A DNA stretch of 64,000 nucleotides, from contig CACGAV010000001.1 in NCBI GenBank assembly GCA_902571095.1, positions 84,620 through 148,619 of the forward strand, in the 5' to 3' direction. Each line of letters starts with the position of its first letter. Within the stretch, counting starts at the first letter, position 1. Both the position numbers and the translations under genes were made by a program. This document shows positions 46,327-57,526 of this stretch, piece by piece. The notes under the pieces are model-generated. The model was not told the origin of the DNA. It did not search any database and was given only the letters and a program-made list of their open reading frames with translations. This DNA comes from an uncultured Pelagibacteraceae bacterium (lineage in GTDB: Bacteria; Pseudomonadota; Alphaproteobacteria; Pelagibacterales; Pelagibacteraceae).

Positions 46327-49203
46327 ATGTTGAAAAAGATATTGATTAAAGGGGCTAAAGAGCACAATTTAAAAAATATTTCTCTTGAAGTTCCAAAAGA
46401 CAAATTAGTTGTTATTACAGGTTTATCTGGCTCAGGAAAGTCATCTTTAGCCTTCGATACAATCTATGCTGAAGGTCAACGAAGATATGTCGAAAGTTTA
46501 TCAGCATATGCAAGACAATTTTTAGATAAAATGAAAAAACCAAATGTTGATTTAATTGAGGGTTTGAGCCCTGCCATATCAATAGAACAAAAAAATGCTC
46601 CTAAAAATCCAAGATCTACTGTAGCAACTGTAACAGAAATATATGATTACATGCGTGTTCTTTTTTCAAGGGTTGGCATCCCCTATTCTCCTTTTACAGG
46701 AAAGCCAATAGTGTCACAATCAGTTACTGACATGGTAGATAAAATTAAAAATTTACCTAAAAGTTCAACTATTTTTTTATTAGCCCCTGTGGTGAGAGGC
46801 CGAAAAGGTGAATATAAAAAAGATATAGTTAATTATAAAAAAAGAGGTTTTCAAAAAATTAAAGTTGATGGTGAATATTTTGATATAAATGATTTTCCAA
46901 ATCTAAACAAAAAAGTAAAGCATGATATTTCGATTGTAGTAGACCGAATAGTTTTAAATTCGAAACTAGGAAATAGATTGGCTGATAGTATAGAAACAGC
47001 TCTAAAGTTGTCAGACGGCTTGTTAGTCGTCGAATATGAAAATGAAACAATACCTAAAAAATTTAGAAAAAAAGAAAGTATATTATTTTCATCAAAATTT
47101 TCTTGTCCTGAAAGTGGTTTTACTATTGAGGAAATTGAACCAAGATTATTTTCTTTTAATAGTCCTTTTGGTGCTTGTGAGGAGTGTGAGGGTATAGGTC
47201 ATAATCTTAATGTAGATCCCAATTTAGTTATTTCTGATAAAAACAAATCAATTGCGGACGGGGCAATAGAACCATGGTCCAAATCTACGTCAATGTATTA
47301 TGCTCAGACTTTGGCTTCATTAGCCAAACATTATAAATTTGATTTAGAAACAAAATGGAAAAAATTACCAAAAAAATTACAAGATATAATCCTTTTCGGA
47401 TCAGACGAAGATGAAATTAAGTTTAGTTATGATGATGGATATGACAAATACGATACTAAAAAAACATTCGAAGGTGTTATCAATAACTTAGAAAGAAGAT
47501 ATCTAGAAACAGATAGTGATTGGAAAAGAGAAGAAATTTCACAATATCAAAGTGAAACGAGTTGTGAAAAATGTAAAGGCTTAAGACTCAAGGAAGAAGC
47601 TTTATGTGTTAAGATAGACAAATTAAATATAAGTCAAGTAACAAGTTTTTCAATTGAAGATGCAAAAAAATGGTTCTTATCACTAGAAAAAATTCTGTCA
47701 TTAAGAGAAAAAAAGATCGCTCAACATATACTTAAGGAAATTAACGAAAGGTTAAATTTTTTACTAAATGTTGGATTAAATTATTTAACTTTATCAAGAG
47801 AGTCGGGTACTTTGTCTGGCGGTGAGTCTCAGAGAATAAGGCTGGCATCGCAGATTGGTTCAGGTTTAACAGGAGTCTTATATGTTTTAGATGAACCATC
47901 CATTGGATTACACCAAAGAGATAACAAAAAACTTATAGATGCATTAAAAAGATTGAGAGATCTCGGAAACACCGTAATAGTAGTTGAGCATGACACTGAA
48001 ACAATGGAAAATGCAGATCATATTATTGATCTAGGACCCGAAGCAGGTTTGAATGGTGGACATATTACTGCACAAGGTACATTAAAAAATATCATTGATA
48101 CTAAAGACAGTATAACTGGAAATTATTTGTCTGGAAAAAAATTAATTGAAATACCCCATAAAAGAAAAACTGCAAAAAATGGAAGATTTTTAGAAATATT
48201 AGGTGCTACAGGGAACAATTTACAAAACGTAGATTTGAAAATTCCTATTGGAACTTTTACATGCGTAACAGGTGTGTCTGGTAGTGGAAAATCAACTTTA
48301 GTTTTGCAAACTCTTTTTAATGCTCTAAATTTAATGTTAAATAACAATAAATCTAGAAAGATTCCAAAAAAATTCAGAAATTATAAAGGCACAGAATTAA
48401 TAGATAAAGTTATTGATATAGATCAATCACCAATTGGAAGGACGCCACGTTCAAATCCTGCTACTTATACTGGAGCATTTGGTCCAATAAGAGATTGGTT
48501 TGCAAACCTTCCTGAGTCTAAAACAAGAGGTTATAAGCCTGGTAGATACTCTTTTAATGTAAGAGGAGGAAGATGTGAAACCTGCGAAGGCGATGGTGTA
48601 ATAACTTATGAAATGCACTTTTTGCCAGATGTCTATATACCTTGTGACGCTTGTAAGGGAACAAGATACAACAGAGAAACTTTAGAAATTAAATTTAAAA
48701 ATAAAAATATAGCTGATATATTAAATATGACAGTTGACGAGGGTTGCGATTTTTTTCAAAACATTCCAGTCGTATATTCAAAATTACTAACACTTAAACA
48801 TGTGGGCCTTGGTTATATTAAAGTTGGACAGCAAGCAACAACGCTTTCAGGTGGTGAGGCCCAAAGGATTAAATTAGCAAAAGAATTATCCAAAAGATCA
48901 ACTGGAAGAACATTATATATTTTAGACGAGCCTACTACAGGCTTGCATTCACATGACATTAAAAAGCTTTTAGAAATTCTTAAAGCTTTTGTAAATACAG
49001 GTAATACCGTTGTCGTTATCGAGCACAATTTAGATGTTATTAAGACAGCTGATTGGATAATAGATATGGGCCCTGAAGGTGGTGCGTCCGGAGGAAAAAT
49101 TATCGCTGAAGGGTCACCTGAGAAGATTTCTCAAATAACGACAAGTTATACGGGAAAATTTCTTAAAACAATAATAAATAATAAAATGAAAAAAACAGCA
49201 TGA
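46327..49203 (+). CDS. uvrA: Excinuclease ABC subunit A
   Basis: Two ABC modules ([18 protein letters not shown]), LSGGE signatures, and zinc-finger cysteines. Confidence 0.97.
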   Translation: MLKKILIKGAKEHNLKNISLEVPKDKLVVITGLSGSGKSSLAFDTIYAEGQRRYVESLSAYARQFLDKMKKPNVDLIEGLSPAISIEQKNAPKNPRSTVATVTEIYDYMRVLFSRVGIPYSPFTGKPIVSQSVTDMVDKIKNLPKSSTIFLLAPVVRGRKGEYKKDIVNYKKRGFQKIKVDGEYFDINDFPNLNKKVKHDISIVVDRIVLNSKLGNRLADSIETALKLSDGLLVVEYENETIPKKFRKKESILFSSKFSCPESGFTIEEIEPRLFSFNSPFGACEECEGIGHNLNVDPNLVISDKNKSIADGAIEPWSKSTSMYYAQTLASLAKHYKFDLETKWKKLPKKLQDIILFGSDEDEIKFSYDDGYDKYDTKKTFEGVINNLERRYLETDSDWKREEISQYQSETSCEKCKGLRLKEEALCVKIDKLNISQVTSFSIEDAKKWFLSLEKILSLREKKIAQHILKEINERLNFLLNVGLNYLTLSRESGTLSGGESQRIRLASQIGSGLTGVLYVLDEPSIGLHQRDNKKLIDALKRLRDLGNTVIVVEHDTETMENADHIIDLGPEAGLNGGHITAQGTLKNIIDTKDSITGNYLSGKKLIEIPHKRKTAKNGRFLEILGATGNNLQNVDLKIPIGTFTCVTGVSGSGKSTLVLQTLFNALNLMLNNNKSRKIPKKFRNYKGTELIDKVIDIDQSPIGRTPRSNPATYTGAFGPIRDWFANLPESKTRGYKPGRYSFNVRGGRCETCEGDGVITYEMHFLPDVYIPCDACKGTRYNRETLEIKFKNKNIADILNMTVDEGCDFFQNIPVVYSKLLTLKHVGLGYIKVGQQATTLSGGEAQRIKLAKELSKRSTGRTLYILDEPTTGLHSHDIKKLLEILKAFVNTGNTVVVIEHNLDVIKTADWIIDMGPEGGASGGKIIAEGSPEKISQITTSYTGKFLKTIINNKMKKTA

Positions 49204-49230
49204 ATTTAAATTTTTATGATATAGTGAAAT

Positions 49231-49830
49231 ATGGTTAATATATTACAATCTCTTTCAAAAACTATCCACTTATCAATTATTTTAGCTATATTACTTTTTG
49301 CAGGACTTTTTTTTGCTGGTGGAGATTGGGCTTTTGACAGACTTTTTTGGAGCTGGTTATTTAGATATTTACATGTTGTAGTTGGTATAATGTGGATTGG
49401 ATTATTATGGTATTTAAATTTTGTTCAAATACCAAATATGCCGAAGTTTACGGACGAACAAAAACCTGCGATTACCAAAATAATAGCTCCGGCTGTTTTG
49501 TTTTGGTTTAGATGGGCAGCATTAGCAACAATAATTACTGGTTTAGTTGTTGCGTATTTAAATGGTTATGTTCATGACGCAATGATACTTGGCATTGGAA
49601 GTGGAGGAAAAAATACAGCAATTGGTATTGGTATGTGGTTAGGAATAATTATGGCTTTTAATGTATGGTTTATAATTTGGCCAAATCAAAAAAAAGTTTT
49701 AGGCATAGTAGAATGTTCACCAGAAGAAAAACCAAAACACGCAAAAATTGCCGTTATTACATCAAGAGTAAACACACTGCTTTCGTTGCCAATGCTTATG
49801 ACAATGGTCATTGCACAAAATCTTTACTAA
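49231..49830 (+). CDS. Integral membrane protein, resembles the membrane domain of PuuD-type proteins; function unknown
   Basis: 199 aa, about 5 TM segments. The motif YLHVVVGIMWIGLLWYLNFVQ is similar to what I recall from the PuuD N-terminal region. No cytochrome c motif is present. Confidence 0.55.
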   Translation: MVNILQSLSKTIHLSIILAILLFAGLFFAGGDWAFDRLFWSWLFRYLHVVVGIMWIGLLWYLNFVQIPNMPKFTDEQKPAITKIIAPAVLFWFRWAALATIITGLVVAYLNGYVHDAMILGIGSGGKNTAIGIGMWLGIIMAFNVWFIIWPNQKKVLGIVECSPEEKPKHAKIAVITSRVNTLLSLPMLMTMVIAQNLY

Positions 49831-50729
49831 TTTTTTTCTTTTTCTTTTGCAATAGTTTTGTAAGTTACATTAAGATACTTCAATACAGGACTTGCTACAA
49901 ATATAGATGAATAAGTGCCTATTAAAACTCCAATTATCATAGCCAAAGAGAACCCCCTTAAAATTTCACCACCCAAAATAAAAATTGAAATTAAAGCTAA
50001 TAATGTTGTAGCAGAAGTAATTATTGTTCTAGATAAAGTTTCATTAATTGATGTATTTGCAATTTCAGCAATATTTAAACTTGAATATTTTGAAAGATTT
50101 TCCCTAATACGATCATAAATAACAACGGTATCATTCATTGAATAACCAACGATAGTTAGAACAGCAGCAACGATTGATAAATTAATTTCAAGGGATAATA
50201 ATGAGAATAAACCTATCGTAATAATCACATCGTGAAAAATAGCAAGTATAGATCCAAGGCTAAATTGCCATTCAAATCTTATCCATATGTAAAAAAGCAT
50301 TGCTCCGAGGGCAAGAAATATTGCTAACATTCCAGACTCTAATAATTCCTTGCTTACTTTTGGCCCAACATTTTCGATTCTTCTAAAATTAATATCTGAA
50401 CCTAATTTTGTGGTAATATTATTTTTAATAGATTTAATATTTGTTACATCATCAAAAGATTTTCTCTCAAATTTAATTAAATAGTCACCTTTGTTTCCAA
50501 ATTGTTTTACGTTAATATCTCCTAAATTCATATTTGAAAATGACGATCTAATTTCAGATATATTTAATTTTTTACTTTCATCTCTTAATTCAATTAGAGT
50601 ACCTCCTTTAAAATCTATCCCAAAATTAAGACCTTTTAAAAAAATCAAAACTAAACTAACAAAGAAAAAAATTAATGATATTAAATTTGCTAGTTTAAAT
50701 TTTTTCTCAAAATTAAAATTGTTAATCAT
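49827..50729 (-). CDS. secF: Protein translocase subunit SecF
   Basis: GIDFKGGT, HDVIIT, and YSMNDTVVIYDRIRE motifs. Follows secD. Confidence 0.95.
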   Translation of the reverse strand: MINNFNFEKKFKLANLISLIFFFVSLVLIFLKGLNFGIDFKGGTLIELRDESKKLNISEIRSSFSNMNLGDINVKQFGNKGDYLIKFERKSFDDVTNIKSIKNNITTKLGSDINFRRIENVGPKVSKELLESGMLAIFLALGAMLFYIWIRFEWQFSLGSILAIFHDVIITIGLFSLLSLEINLSIVAAVLTIVGYSMNDTVVIYDRIRENLSKYSSLNIAEIANTSINETLSRTIITSATTLLALISIFILGGEILRGFSLAMIIGVLIGTYSSIFVASPVLKYLNVTYKTIAKEKEKN

Positions 50730-52279
50730 ATGAATAATTTTTTCTCTTTATTCCTGAATAAAACTGATGATATCAGATGTCTTGAAATGTAATATGCAGA
50801 AAATAATGTAGTTATTAAACCAATGGATAATGTTACAGCAAAACCTTTGACAGGACCTGAGCCAAATATGAACAATATTGTAGATGCAATTAAAGTTGTA
50901 ATATTAGCATCTAAAATTGTTACTATTGATCTTTTAAATCCTAAATCAAAAGCTTGAATATTGGAATTATTTTTTCTGAGCTCTTCCTTAATTCTTTCAA
51001 AAATTAAAACGTTAGCATCAACAGCCATTCCAACAGTTAAAATTATACCAGCTATTCCTGGCAAAGTTAATGTCGCTTCTAAAACTGTCAAAATACCTAA
51101 CAACATTAAAAGATTAGAAATTAAAGCTAAGTTTGCAATCAAACCAAATATTTTATATTTAGTTATCATAAAAATAATAACTAATAAAAAACCGATTAAC
51201 AAAGATACAACACCAGCCTCGATTGAGTCCTGACCTAAATCAGGACCTACGGTTCTTTCTTCAACAACAGTTAAAGGCGTTGGTAAAGCCCCTGAACGTA
51301 GTAACAAAGCTAAATCTGTTGCTGATTGAAAAGTGAAATCACCAGAAATTGTACCGTTTCCACCTGTTATAGAGTCTTTGATCACAGGAGCGCTTATAGC
51401 TTCATCATCTAAAATTATTGCAAGGCGTTTTCCTATATTTTTACTAGTAACCTGACCAAATCTTTGAGAGCCAAGTCGATCAAGAGAAAAAGCTACAATT
51501 GGTTGATTATTTAAATTGTCATATCTTGGTTGGGCATCAATTAAATTTTCTCCACTTAAAATAATTCTTTTGCTAACTAAAATTTCTTCATCGGTACCCT
51601 GGATAAGAAGTTTTTCAGAACCAAATTCCCCTTTATCTTTTGTTACTAATCTAAAACTCAATTCTGCAGTTTTACCTAATAGATCTTTTATTCTTTCTGG
51701 ATTCTTTAAACCAGGTAATTCGACAAGTATTCTATTACTACCTCTTTTAAGTATAGAAGGCTCTTTTGTTCCAGTTTCATCTATTCTTCTTCTAACAATT
51801 TCGATTGATTGATCAACCGCAGCTGTTTGTAAATTTATAATTCCTTGTTTTGATAAATTAATATTAATTTCGTTATTAGATATTTTATAATCTAATTCGA
51901 AACTATTATAATTTGGTAGAAATATATTAAATTGATTGTCATTTTTCTTTTCAAAGATTTTTTTAAATTTATCGATATCGCCTTTGTTTATTTTGAATTT
52001 TATATTATAGTCAGAAATTAAAAAATTATTAAATGTAATAGAATTCTTATTCAACTCTTTTTTAAGTGGTATTACTCTAGACTGCAGCCTTCTCTTTTCA
52101 ATTGAAGAACTATCAACTTCTAAAAGCAAATAAGATCCGCCCTGTAAGTCCAAACCTAAATTGATTTTTTTTTGAAATAAAATATTGTCTGTCTTAGTAA
52201 AATTTGAGAAAGAAAAAAAACTAATTAATAAAAAAGTTAAATATATTAATATTATTTTTGTCTTTGAAAAATTTAGCAC
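50726..52279 (-). CDS. secD: Protein translocase subunit SecD
   Basis: LGLDLQGG, periplasmic domain, and GMAVDANVLIFERIKEE motifs. Confidence 0.95.
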   Translation of the reverse strand: MLNFSKTKIILIYLTFLLISFFSFSNFTKTDNILFQKKINLGLDLQGGSYLLLEVDSSSIEKRRLQSRVIPLKKELNKNSITFNNFLISDYNIKFKINKGDIDKFKKIFEKKNDNQFNIFLPNYNSFELDYKISNNEININLSKQGIINLQTAAVDQSIEIVRRRIDETGTKEPSILKRGSNRILVELPGLKNPERIKDLLGKTAELSFRLVTKDKGEFGSEKLLIQGTDEEILVSKRIILSGENLIDAQPRYDNLNNQPIVAFSLDRLGSQRFGQVTSKNIGKRLAIILDDEAISAPVIKDSITGGNGTISGDFTFQSATDLALLLRSGALPTPLTVVEERTVGPDLGQDSIEAGVVSLLIGFLLVIIFMITKYKIFGLIANLALISNLLMLLGILTVLEATLTLPGIAGIILTVGMAVDANVLIFERIKEELRKNNSNIQAFDLGFKRSIVTILDANITTLIASTILFIFGSGPVKGFAVTLSIGLITTLFSAYYISRHLISSVLFRNKEKKLFI

Positions 52280-52285
52280 TAAAGT

Positions 52286-52570
52286 TTATTTTTTTTTTGT
52301 ATCTTGTTTTAGATGACTTTGAATTGTATTTCTTATTACTTGAACTTTAACGCCATCAGATATTTGTAATTCTATTCTATCGTCCTCAAACACCCTATCA
52401 ACAGTACCTATTATCCCTCCAGAAGTAATTACTTCGTCACCTCTTTTAAGATTTTTCACCATGTCTTTGTGCTCCTTTACTCTTTTTTGTTGTGGTCTAA
52501 TTAAAAAGAAGTAAAAAATGACAAAAATTAATATTAAAGGTATAAATTGTGCAAATCCAGAGCTACTCAT
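52286..52570 (-). CDS. yajC: Preprotein translocase subunit YajC
   Basis: 94 aa with a single TM segment. IRPQQKR and GDEVITSGGIIG motifs. Confidence 0.92.
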   Translation of the reverse strand: MSSSGFAQFIPLILIFVIFYFFLIRPQQKRVKEHKDMVKNLKRGDEVITSGGIIGTVDRVFEDDRIELQISDGVKVQVIRNTIQSHLKQDTKKK

Positions 52571-52626
52571 TATTTAGAATAAATATATGATTAATAATAT
52601 TTTCACAACTAATTTTTGCTAAAAAA

Positions 52627-53874
52627 TTATAATTTATCTAAATTTTTCATGTATGGTCTTAAAGCATCAGGTATAATTACACTTCCTTTTGAATTTTGAT
52701 AGTTTTCCATTATAGCTATCAATGTTCTTCCGACAGCAAGACCAGAACCATTTAAAGTAGCAACGAAATTTGATTTATTTTTATCATCCCTATATTTTGA
52801 ATTCATTCTTCTTGATTGAAATTGACCACATGATGAACAGCTAGATATTTCTCTATATTTGCTTTCAGAGGGTATCCAAACTTCTATGTCTATTGTTTTT
52901 TCGGCACTAAATCCCATGTCTCCACTTGATAACATAACTGTTCGATATGGTATTTTTAATCTTTTTAAAATCTCTTCAGCACAATTGACCATTCTATCTA
53001 ACTCGCTAAGTGATTTACTTGGTTCAACAATACTTACTAGTTCAACTTTATAAAATTGATGTTGTCTCAAGATTCCTTTTGTGTCTTTACCATAACTTCC
53101 AGCTTCTTTCCTAAAACAAGCAGTAGATGCAACCATTCTAATTGGCAAATCTTTTAAATTTATAGATGTATCTTGATACATATTAGTTAAAATTACCTCG
53201 GCTGTTGGAATTAAATATTTTTTTTGGTCACCAAGGAGTTTAATTTCGAATTGATCATTTTCAAATTTTGGTATTTGACCTGTCCCGTACATAGTTTTTT
53301 CTGTAACGATTAATGGGGGTGAAATTTCATTATAACCAAATTCTTTAGTATGAATATCAAGCATAAAATTGGATAATGCACGTTCTAATTCGGCTAATTT
53401 ACCTTTTAAAAAAACAAACCTTGCGCCTGATGTTTTAGACGCAACATCAAAATCCAAAAGATTTAACCTTGTACCCAAATCATAATGGGACAAAGGATTG
53501 AAATCAAATTTTTGAATTTTACCAACTTTTTTTAATTCTTTATTAGAGTTTTCGTCTTTTCCTATTGGAACATCATTTAAAGCAATGTTTGGCATAAAGT
53601 CCATTATGAAATCTATTTTATTTTTAATTTCCTTTAGTGAAACTTCTAAAGTTTTAATATCATTTGTGATTTTTTTTGACTTTTCAAATAAACTTTTATC
53701 TTTGGACTTAGATATTGTTTTTTTTTCTTGTTCTAACTTTTCCTTAGTCTGAATAATTTCTCTATTTTTCTTATCTAAAGTAATAAGTTCGTTTAGATTT
53801 ATATCTGAATACCTATCTGAAAGTTTTTTTTTATAAAAATCAAAATTTTCTCTTATTTGTTTTAAACTATGCAT
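52627..53874 (-). CDS. serS: Serine--tRNA ligase
   Basis: N-terminal coiled-coil arm and class II motifs (..FRKEAGS.., ..GSGLAVGRT..). Confidence 0.95.
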   Translation of the reverse strand: MHSLKQIRENFDFYKKKLSDRYSDINLNELITLDKKNREIIQTKEKLEQEKKTISKSKDKSLFEKSKKITNDIKTLEVSLKEIKNKIDFIMDFMPNIALNDVPIGKDENSNKELKKVGKIQKFDFNPLSHYDLGTRLNLLDFDVASKTSGARFVFLKGKLAELERALSNFMLDIHTKEFGYNEISPPLIVTEKTMYGTGQIPKFENDQFEIKLLGDQKKYLIPTAEVILTNMYQDTSINLKDLPIRMVASTACFRKEAGSYGKDTKGILRQHQFYKVELVSIVEPSKSLSELDRMVNCAEEILKRLKIPYRTVMLSSGDMGFSAEKTIDIEVWIPSESKYREISSCSSCGQFQSRRMNSKYRDDKNKSNFVATLNGSGLAVGRTLIAIMENYQNSKGSVIIPDALRPYMKNLDKL

Positions 53875-54634
53875 TTTGGTTATCTCTATTTTTTTCTGTT
53901 ATTTTTACAGATAATATTGATAATTCATACAAGATTAGTAACGGTATTGCTAACCCAATTTGAGTTATTGGATCTGGTGGTGTCAATATTGCTGCTGCAG
54001 CAAAAATTATAACAATAAAATACTTTCTTCTTTCTTTTAAATAAGCTGAATCGATTATTCCAATACGTGCTAATAAATTTAACAATACTGGTAATTGAAA
54101 ACTTAATCCAAAAGCAAAAATTAATCTCATTATTAAAGATAAATATTCATTAACCTTAGCTTCCAATTGTATTGGTAATCCATTTACCTGGCCAGAAGTT
54201 TCAAATGACAAAAAAAATTTTATAGCTAATGGCATAACTAAATAATAAATTATCATAGCGCCAATCAAAAATAATGTTGGAGTTGCAATTAAATATGGTA
54301 TTAATGCTTTTTTTTCATTTTTATATAAACCTGGAGCTATAAATTTCCAAATTTGGATTAAAATTATAGGACTACCTAATAAAATTGCAGTAAAAAAAGA
54401 TAATTTAAGATAAGTTATAAATGTTTCATGAAGTGCTGTATAAATTAATCTTCTTGAAACATCGCTTTCTTGTACTGCTTTTGCATAAGGTTCCACTAAA
54501 AAATTATAAATATTTTCTGCAAACACATAACTGATTAAAAATATTATTAAAATAAATACTAAAGATTTGATTAAACGTGATCTTAATTCTGTTAAGTGAC
54601 TTACAAATGATCCTTCTTGGTTCATCTCATTCAT
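53867..54634 (-). CDS. tatC: Sec-independent protein translocase TatC
   Basis: SFVSHLTELRSRL start, six TM segments, and the PPDPITQ motif. Confidence 0.93.
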   Translation of the reverse strand: MNEMNQEGSFVSHLTELRSRLIKSLVFILIIFLISYVFAENIYNFLVEPYAKAVQESDVSRRLIYTALHETFITYLKLSFFTAILLGSPIILIQIWKFIAPGLYKNEKKALIPYLIATPTLFLIGAMIIYYLVMPLAIKFFLSFETSGQVNGLPIQLEAKVNEYLSLIMRLIFAFGLSFQLPVLLNLLARIGIIDSAYLKERRKYFIVIIFAAAAILTPPDPITQIGLAIPLLILYELSILSVKITEKNRDNQNA

Positions 54635-54860
54635 CTTTTTTATTATTATCTTTCATTGAATATTTTTCCTCCACAGATTTTTTTTCATCAACTGGATCAT
54701 TTAACTTCTCCACTTTATTTTGAATATCACTAAAATATCTTTTGGTTGACCCTATCCAGTTTCCAACCTTTTTAAGAACAATTGGAAAATCTTTAGGTCC
54801 AATAACTAATAACGAAACAAGTACAATTATTAGTATTTCAAACCATCCGATTTGTGGCAT
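54627..54860 (-). CDS. tatB: Sec-independent protein translocase TatB
   Basis: 77 aa. N-terminal TM followed by an amphipathic helix (..IVLVSLLVIGPKDFP..), located between tatA and tatC. Confidence 0.85.
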   Translation of the reverse strand: MPQIGWFEILIIVLVSLLVIGPKDFPIVLKKVGNWIGSTKRYFSDIQNKVEKLNDPVDEKKSVEEKYSMKDNNKKDE

Positions 54861-54875
54861 TGTTGATTATTAATT

Positions 54876-55076
54876 TTAATCTGGATCTTTATTGTTATCT
54901 GATTTCTCCTGATCTTTTACATCAGACGACATATCTTTTTCATCAGACGACATACCTTTTTTAAAACTTTTTATACCTTTGGCGACATCGCCCATAAGAC
55001 TTGAAATTTTTCCTCTTCCAAATAAAAGAACTACTAAAACGACTACAATAGCTATTTGCCAAAAACTTATACCCAT
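54876..55076 (-). CDS. tatA: Sec-independent protein translocase TatA
   Basis: 66 aa. [28 protein letters not shown] is the classic TatA N terminus. Confidence 0.92.
   Translation of the reverse strand: MGISFWQIAIVVVLVVLLFGRGKISSLMGDVAKGIKSFKKGMSSDEKDMSSDVKDQEKSDNNKDPD
54921..54962. repeat. 21-nt in-frame tandem duplication inside the tatA tail
   Basis: ATCAGACGACATATCTTTTTC / ATCAGACGACATACCTTTTTT, 19 of 21 identical. Encodes the duplicated ..MSSDEKD / MSSDVKD.. segment. Confidence 0.85.
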
Positions 55077-55117
55077 AAGTTAAATTATATACAATATTAT
55101 TGATTAAATAAATATAT

Positions 55118-55804
55118 TTATTCTTTGGTTTTTGTTGAATCCTCTAATGCTTTATCTATCTCTTTATAAATACTATCTTTTTTTTCTTTTGTTTGCTCTT
55201 TAAAAAATTTACTGGTTCCAAATACAGATGAGTCAATAGAAGAATCGTCAATTAATCCCGCAGAAGTAAGTTCTTCAACTGTAGGTAAATCAGATAATTT
55301 TTCTATGTTAAAGTGGTCTAAAAATTTTTCTGTTGTCGCATATTGAATAGGTTTGCCAGGAATATTTTTTCTACCTGCGGGACGAACCCAATCTAACTCT
55401 AGAAGAATTTCTAAAGTATTTGATGCAAAAGCTACTCCTCTAATAGACTCGATCTCTGACCTTGTAACAGGTTGATGATAAACAATTATTGCTAAAGTCT
55501 CGATAGTTGCTTTTGATAATTTTCTTTCATTTGATTTTTGTAGTGAGGTTAAATTTGACAATTCGCTTGATGTTCTAAAAGACCATTTGTTTGACTTGCA
55601 AACTAAGTTTATTCCTCTTGATGAATATTCTTCTTGTAAATTTTCTAAAATCTTTTTTACATTTACTCTACTACTAAGTCTTCCTTCAATAGTTTCTAAA
55701 TCTAGAGGTTCATCAGCAGAAAAGATTATCGCCTCTATTTCCATTTCAATTTTAGATTTTTTTTTAGGAAAATTTATTATATTATTTTTTTTATTTTTTT
55801 GCAT
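55118..55804 (-). CDS. scpB: Segregation and condensation protein B
   Basis: IEAIIFSADEPL, LA.I.Y.QP.TR.EI..IRG pattern. Follows scpA. Confidence 0.9.
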   Translation of the reverse strand: MQKNKKNNIINFPKKKSKIEMEIEAIIFSADEPLDLETIEGRLSSRVNVKKILENLQEEYSSRGINLVCKSNKWSFRTSSELSNLTSLQKSNERKLSKATIETLAIIVYHQPVTRSEIESIRGVAFASNTLEILLELDWVRPAGRKNIPGKPIQYATTEKFLDHFNIEKLSDLPTVEELTSAGLIDDSSIDSSVFGTSKFFKEQTKEKKDSIYKEIDKALEDSTKTKE

Positions 55805-55807
55805 ATT

Positions 55808-56569
55808 TTATTTTTCTTTAAGTTTTAATGGCGTATGAGAGGCTGTTCTTATCAAAATATCATCAAATAATTTTTTTTGCATAAGATTAACCACGCCTTC
55901 TTTTGTAAGTTCAAGACTCGCGGTAAAAATTGCAGCTAATCCTGTTTTTTTAAATTTTGAAGTTTTTTTGAATGTAGAAGGAATTAATTCATGAATTTTT
56001 TTCCAATCTTGAATGTCATCCATATTTTCTTTGAGATGTTTAATCCCTTCTTGGGTTGTCATTACTGATAATTTTGGAATACTAATTTTTTGAAATATAG
56101 ACTGTGTTTTAATATTGGAATAAGATTTTAATAGTTCATAGAGAGTTATTTTATATACTGGACTTTGAGTCGAACGAATACCGCCTTTCATCCCTCTATA
56201 AAAAATATTTTTTCCAATTCTATCTTTTTTTAAAAGTTGATCTGATAAAAGTCTTATTAATTCTAGTTTCTTTAATTGTAATTTTAATTTTTCTGCAATT
56301 TCGGAAGCTTTAAAATCATCATCATCTTGTTCAGGTAATAATAATTTAGATTTTAAATATGTTAGCCAAGTGGCCATAATTAAATATTCAAAAGCTAAAT
56401 CGAGATTTTTTGATTGTTTAATATAATTTAGAAATTCGTCCGCTAACATTGTTACAGATATTTTGGTTAAATCAACTTTTTGATTTTTTGCTAAATCTAA
56501 TAAAGTTTCTAAAGGACCAGAATAATTTGGTATATCTATAGAAATATTATTATTTTGGATTGATTCCAT
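55808..56569 (-). CDS. scpA: Segregation and condensation protein A
   Basis: YSGPLETLLDLAKNQKVDL start and the family length and pattern. Confidence 0.9.
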   Translation of the reverse strand: MESIQNNNISIDIPNYSGPLETLLDLAKNQKVDLTKISVTMLADEFLNYIKQSKNLDLAFEYLIMATWLTYLKSKLLLPEQDDDDFKASEIAEKLKLQLKKLELIRLLSDQLLKKDRIGKNIFYRGMKGGIRSTQSPVYKITLYELLKSYSNIKTQSIFQKISIPKLSVMTTQEGIKHLKENMDDIQDWKKIHELIPSTFKKTSKFKKTGLAAIFTASLELTKEGVVNLMQKKLFDDILIRTASHTPLKLKEK

Positions 56570-56578
56570 TTTTCAATT

Positions 56579-57526
56579 TTATATTAAAAATCGGTAAAAC
56601 TGTTGTGTTTTCTTTTTAGTGAAATTATCGATTTTATCCAAGTTTTTTAACAATTTTGATGATTCTGCGATTTTTCCATTACAATGTAAAATTAAATTAC
56701 ATCCAGAGCCTAATGCTTTTTTTGCATTTTTAATAATATCTCCTTTTAAAGCTTTCATTGAAATGTCGTCTGAAATAATTATCCCTTTAAATTTTAGTTT
56801 TTTTCTTATGATTTTTCTAATGATTATATCTGATTGTGTAGCTACATTATTAGGATCAATTTTTTTATAAATTATATGTGCTGTCATAACAAAATTTGAG
56901 TTAACATTAGCGAAAGCAGAAAAATCATTTGAATAAAGTTTTTTTTTAGAAAAATTTACTATTGGCAAATTTTTATGACTGTCAATTTTAGAGCATCCAT
57001 GACCTGGAATGTGTTTAGAAACAGATCCTATTTTATTATTTTTCAAATTTTTTATACACAACGCTCCCAATTTCTTTATAGTACTAATATTACTTGAATA
57101 TGATCTGTCCTTAATAATATTATTAGTAAAATTTTGAAGCAAATCCATCACAGGAATTGTATTTACGTTAATGCCAACTTTTTTTAATACATTGCAAATT
57201 GAATTTAAATAATATTTGTAAATCATTTCACCCTTTCTTTTGTCTTTTTCATATAAATTACCAAAAAAACTTTGTGAAAATTCTCTACTATTTATTAGAT
57301 TGCTGAGTCTAGATACTTTTCCACCTTCTTCATCAATAAGTATCGGGTACTTTTTATCATTTAAACATTTTCTTATATTTTTTGTTAAGTTTTTTAATTG
57401 TTTAAAAGATCTAATATTTCTTCTAAAAAGTATTATACCCCATGGTTTTTCATCATGAATTAATTTTTTTTCTTTGGCAGTTAAGTAATATGAGGCAATT
57501 CCAATAATAATAGGCTTTCTAATCAT
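56579..57526 (-). CDS. nagZ: Beta-N-acetylhexosaminidase NagZ (GH3)
   Basis: IDEEGG.V.RL, KH.PGHG, and ISDD motifs. The ATG at 57526 is preferred over the longer track ORF to 57598. Confidence 0.88.
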   Translation of the reverse strand: MIRKPIIIGIASYYLTAKEKKLIHDEKPWGIILFRRNIRSFKQLKNLTKNIRKCLNDKKYPILIDEEGGKVSRLSNLINSREFSQSFFGNLYEKDKRKGEMIYKYYLNSICNVLKKVGINVNTIPVMDLLQNFTNNIIKDRSYSSNISTIKKLGALCIKNLKNNKIGSVSKHIPGHGCSKIDSHKNLPIVNFSKKKLYSNDFSAFANVNSNFVMTAHIIYKKIDPNNVATQSDIIIRKIIRKKLKFKGIIISDDISMKALKGDIIKNAKKALGSGCNLILHCNGKIAESSKLLKNLDKIDNFTKKKTQQFYRFLI

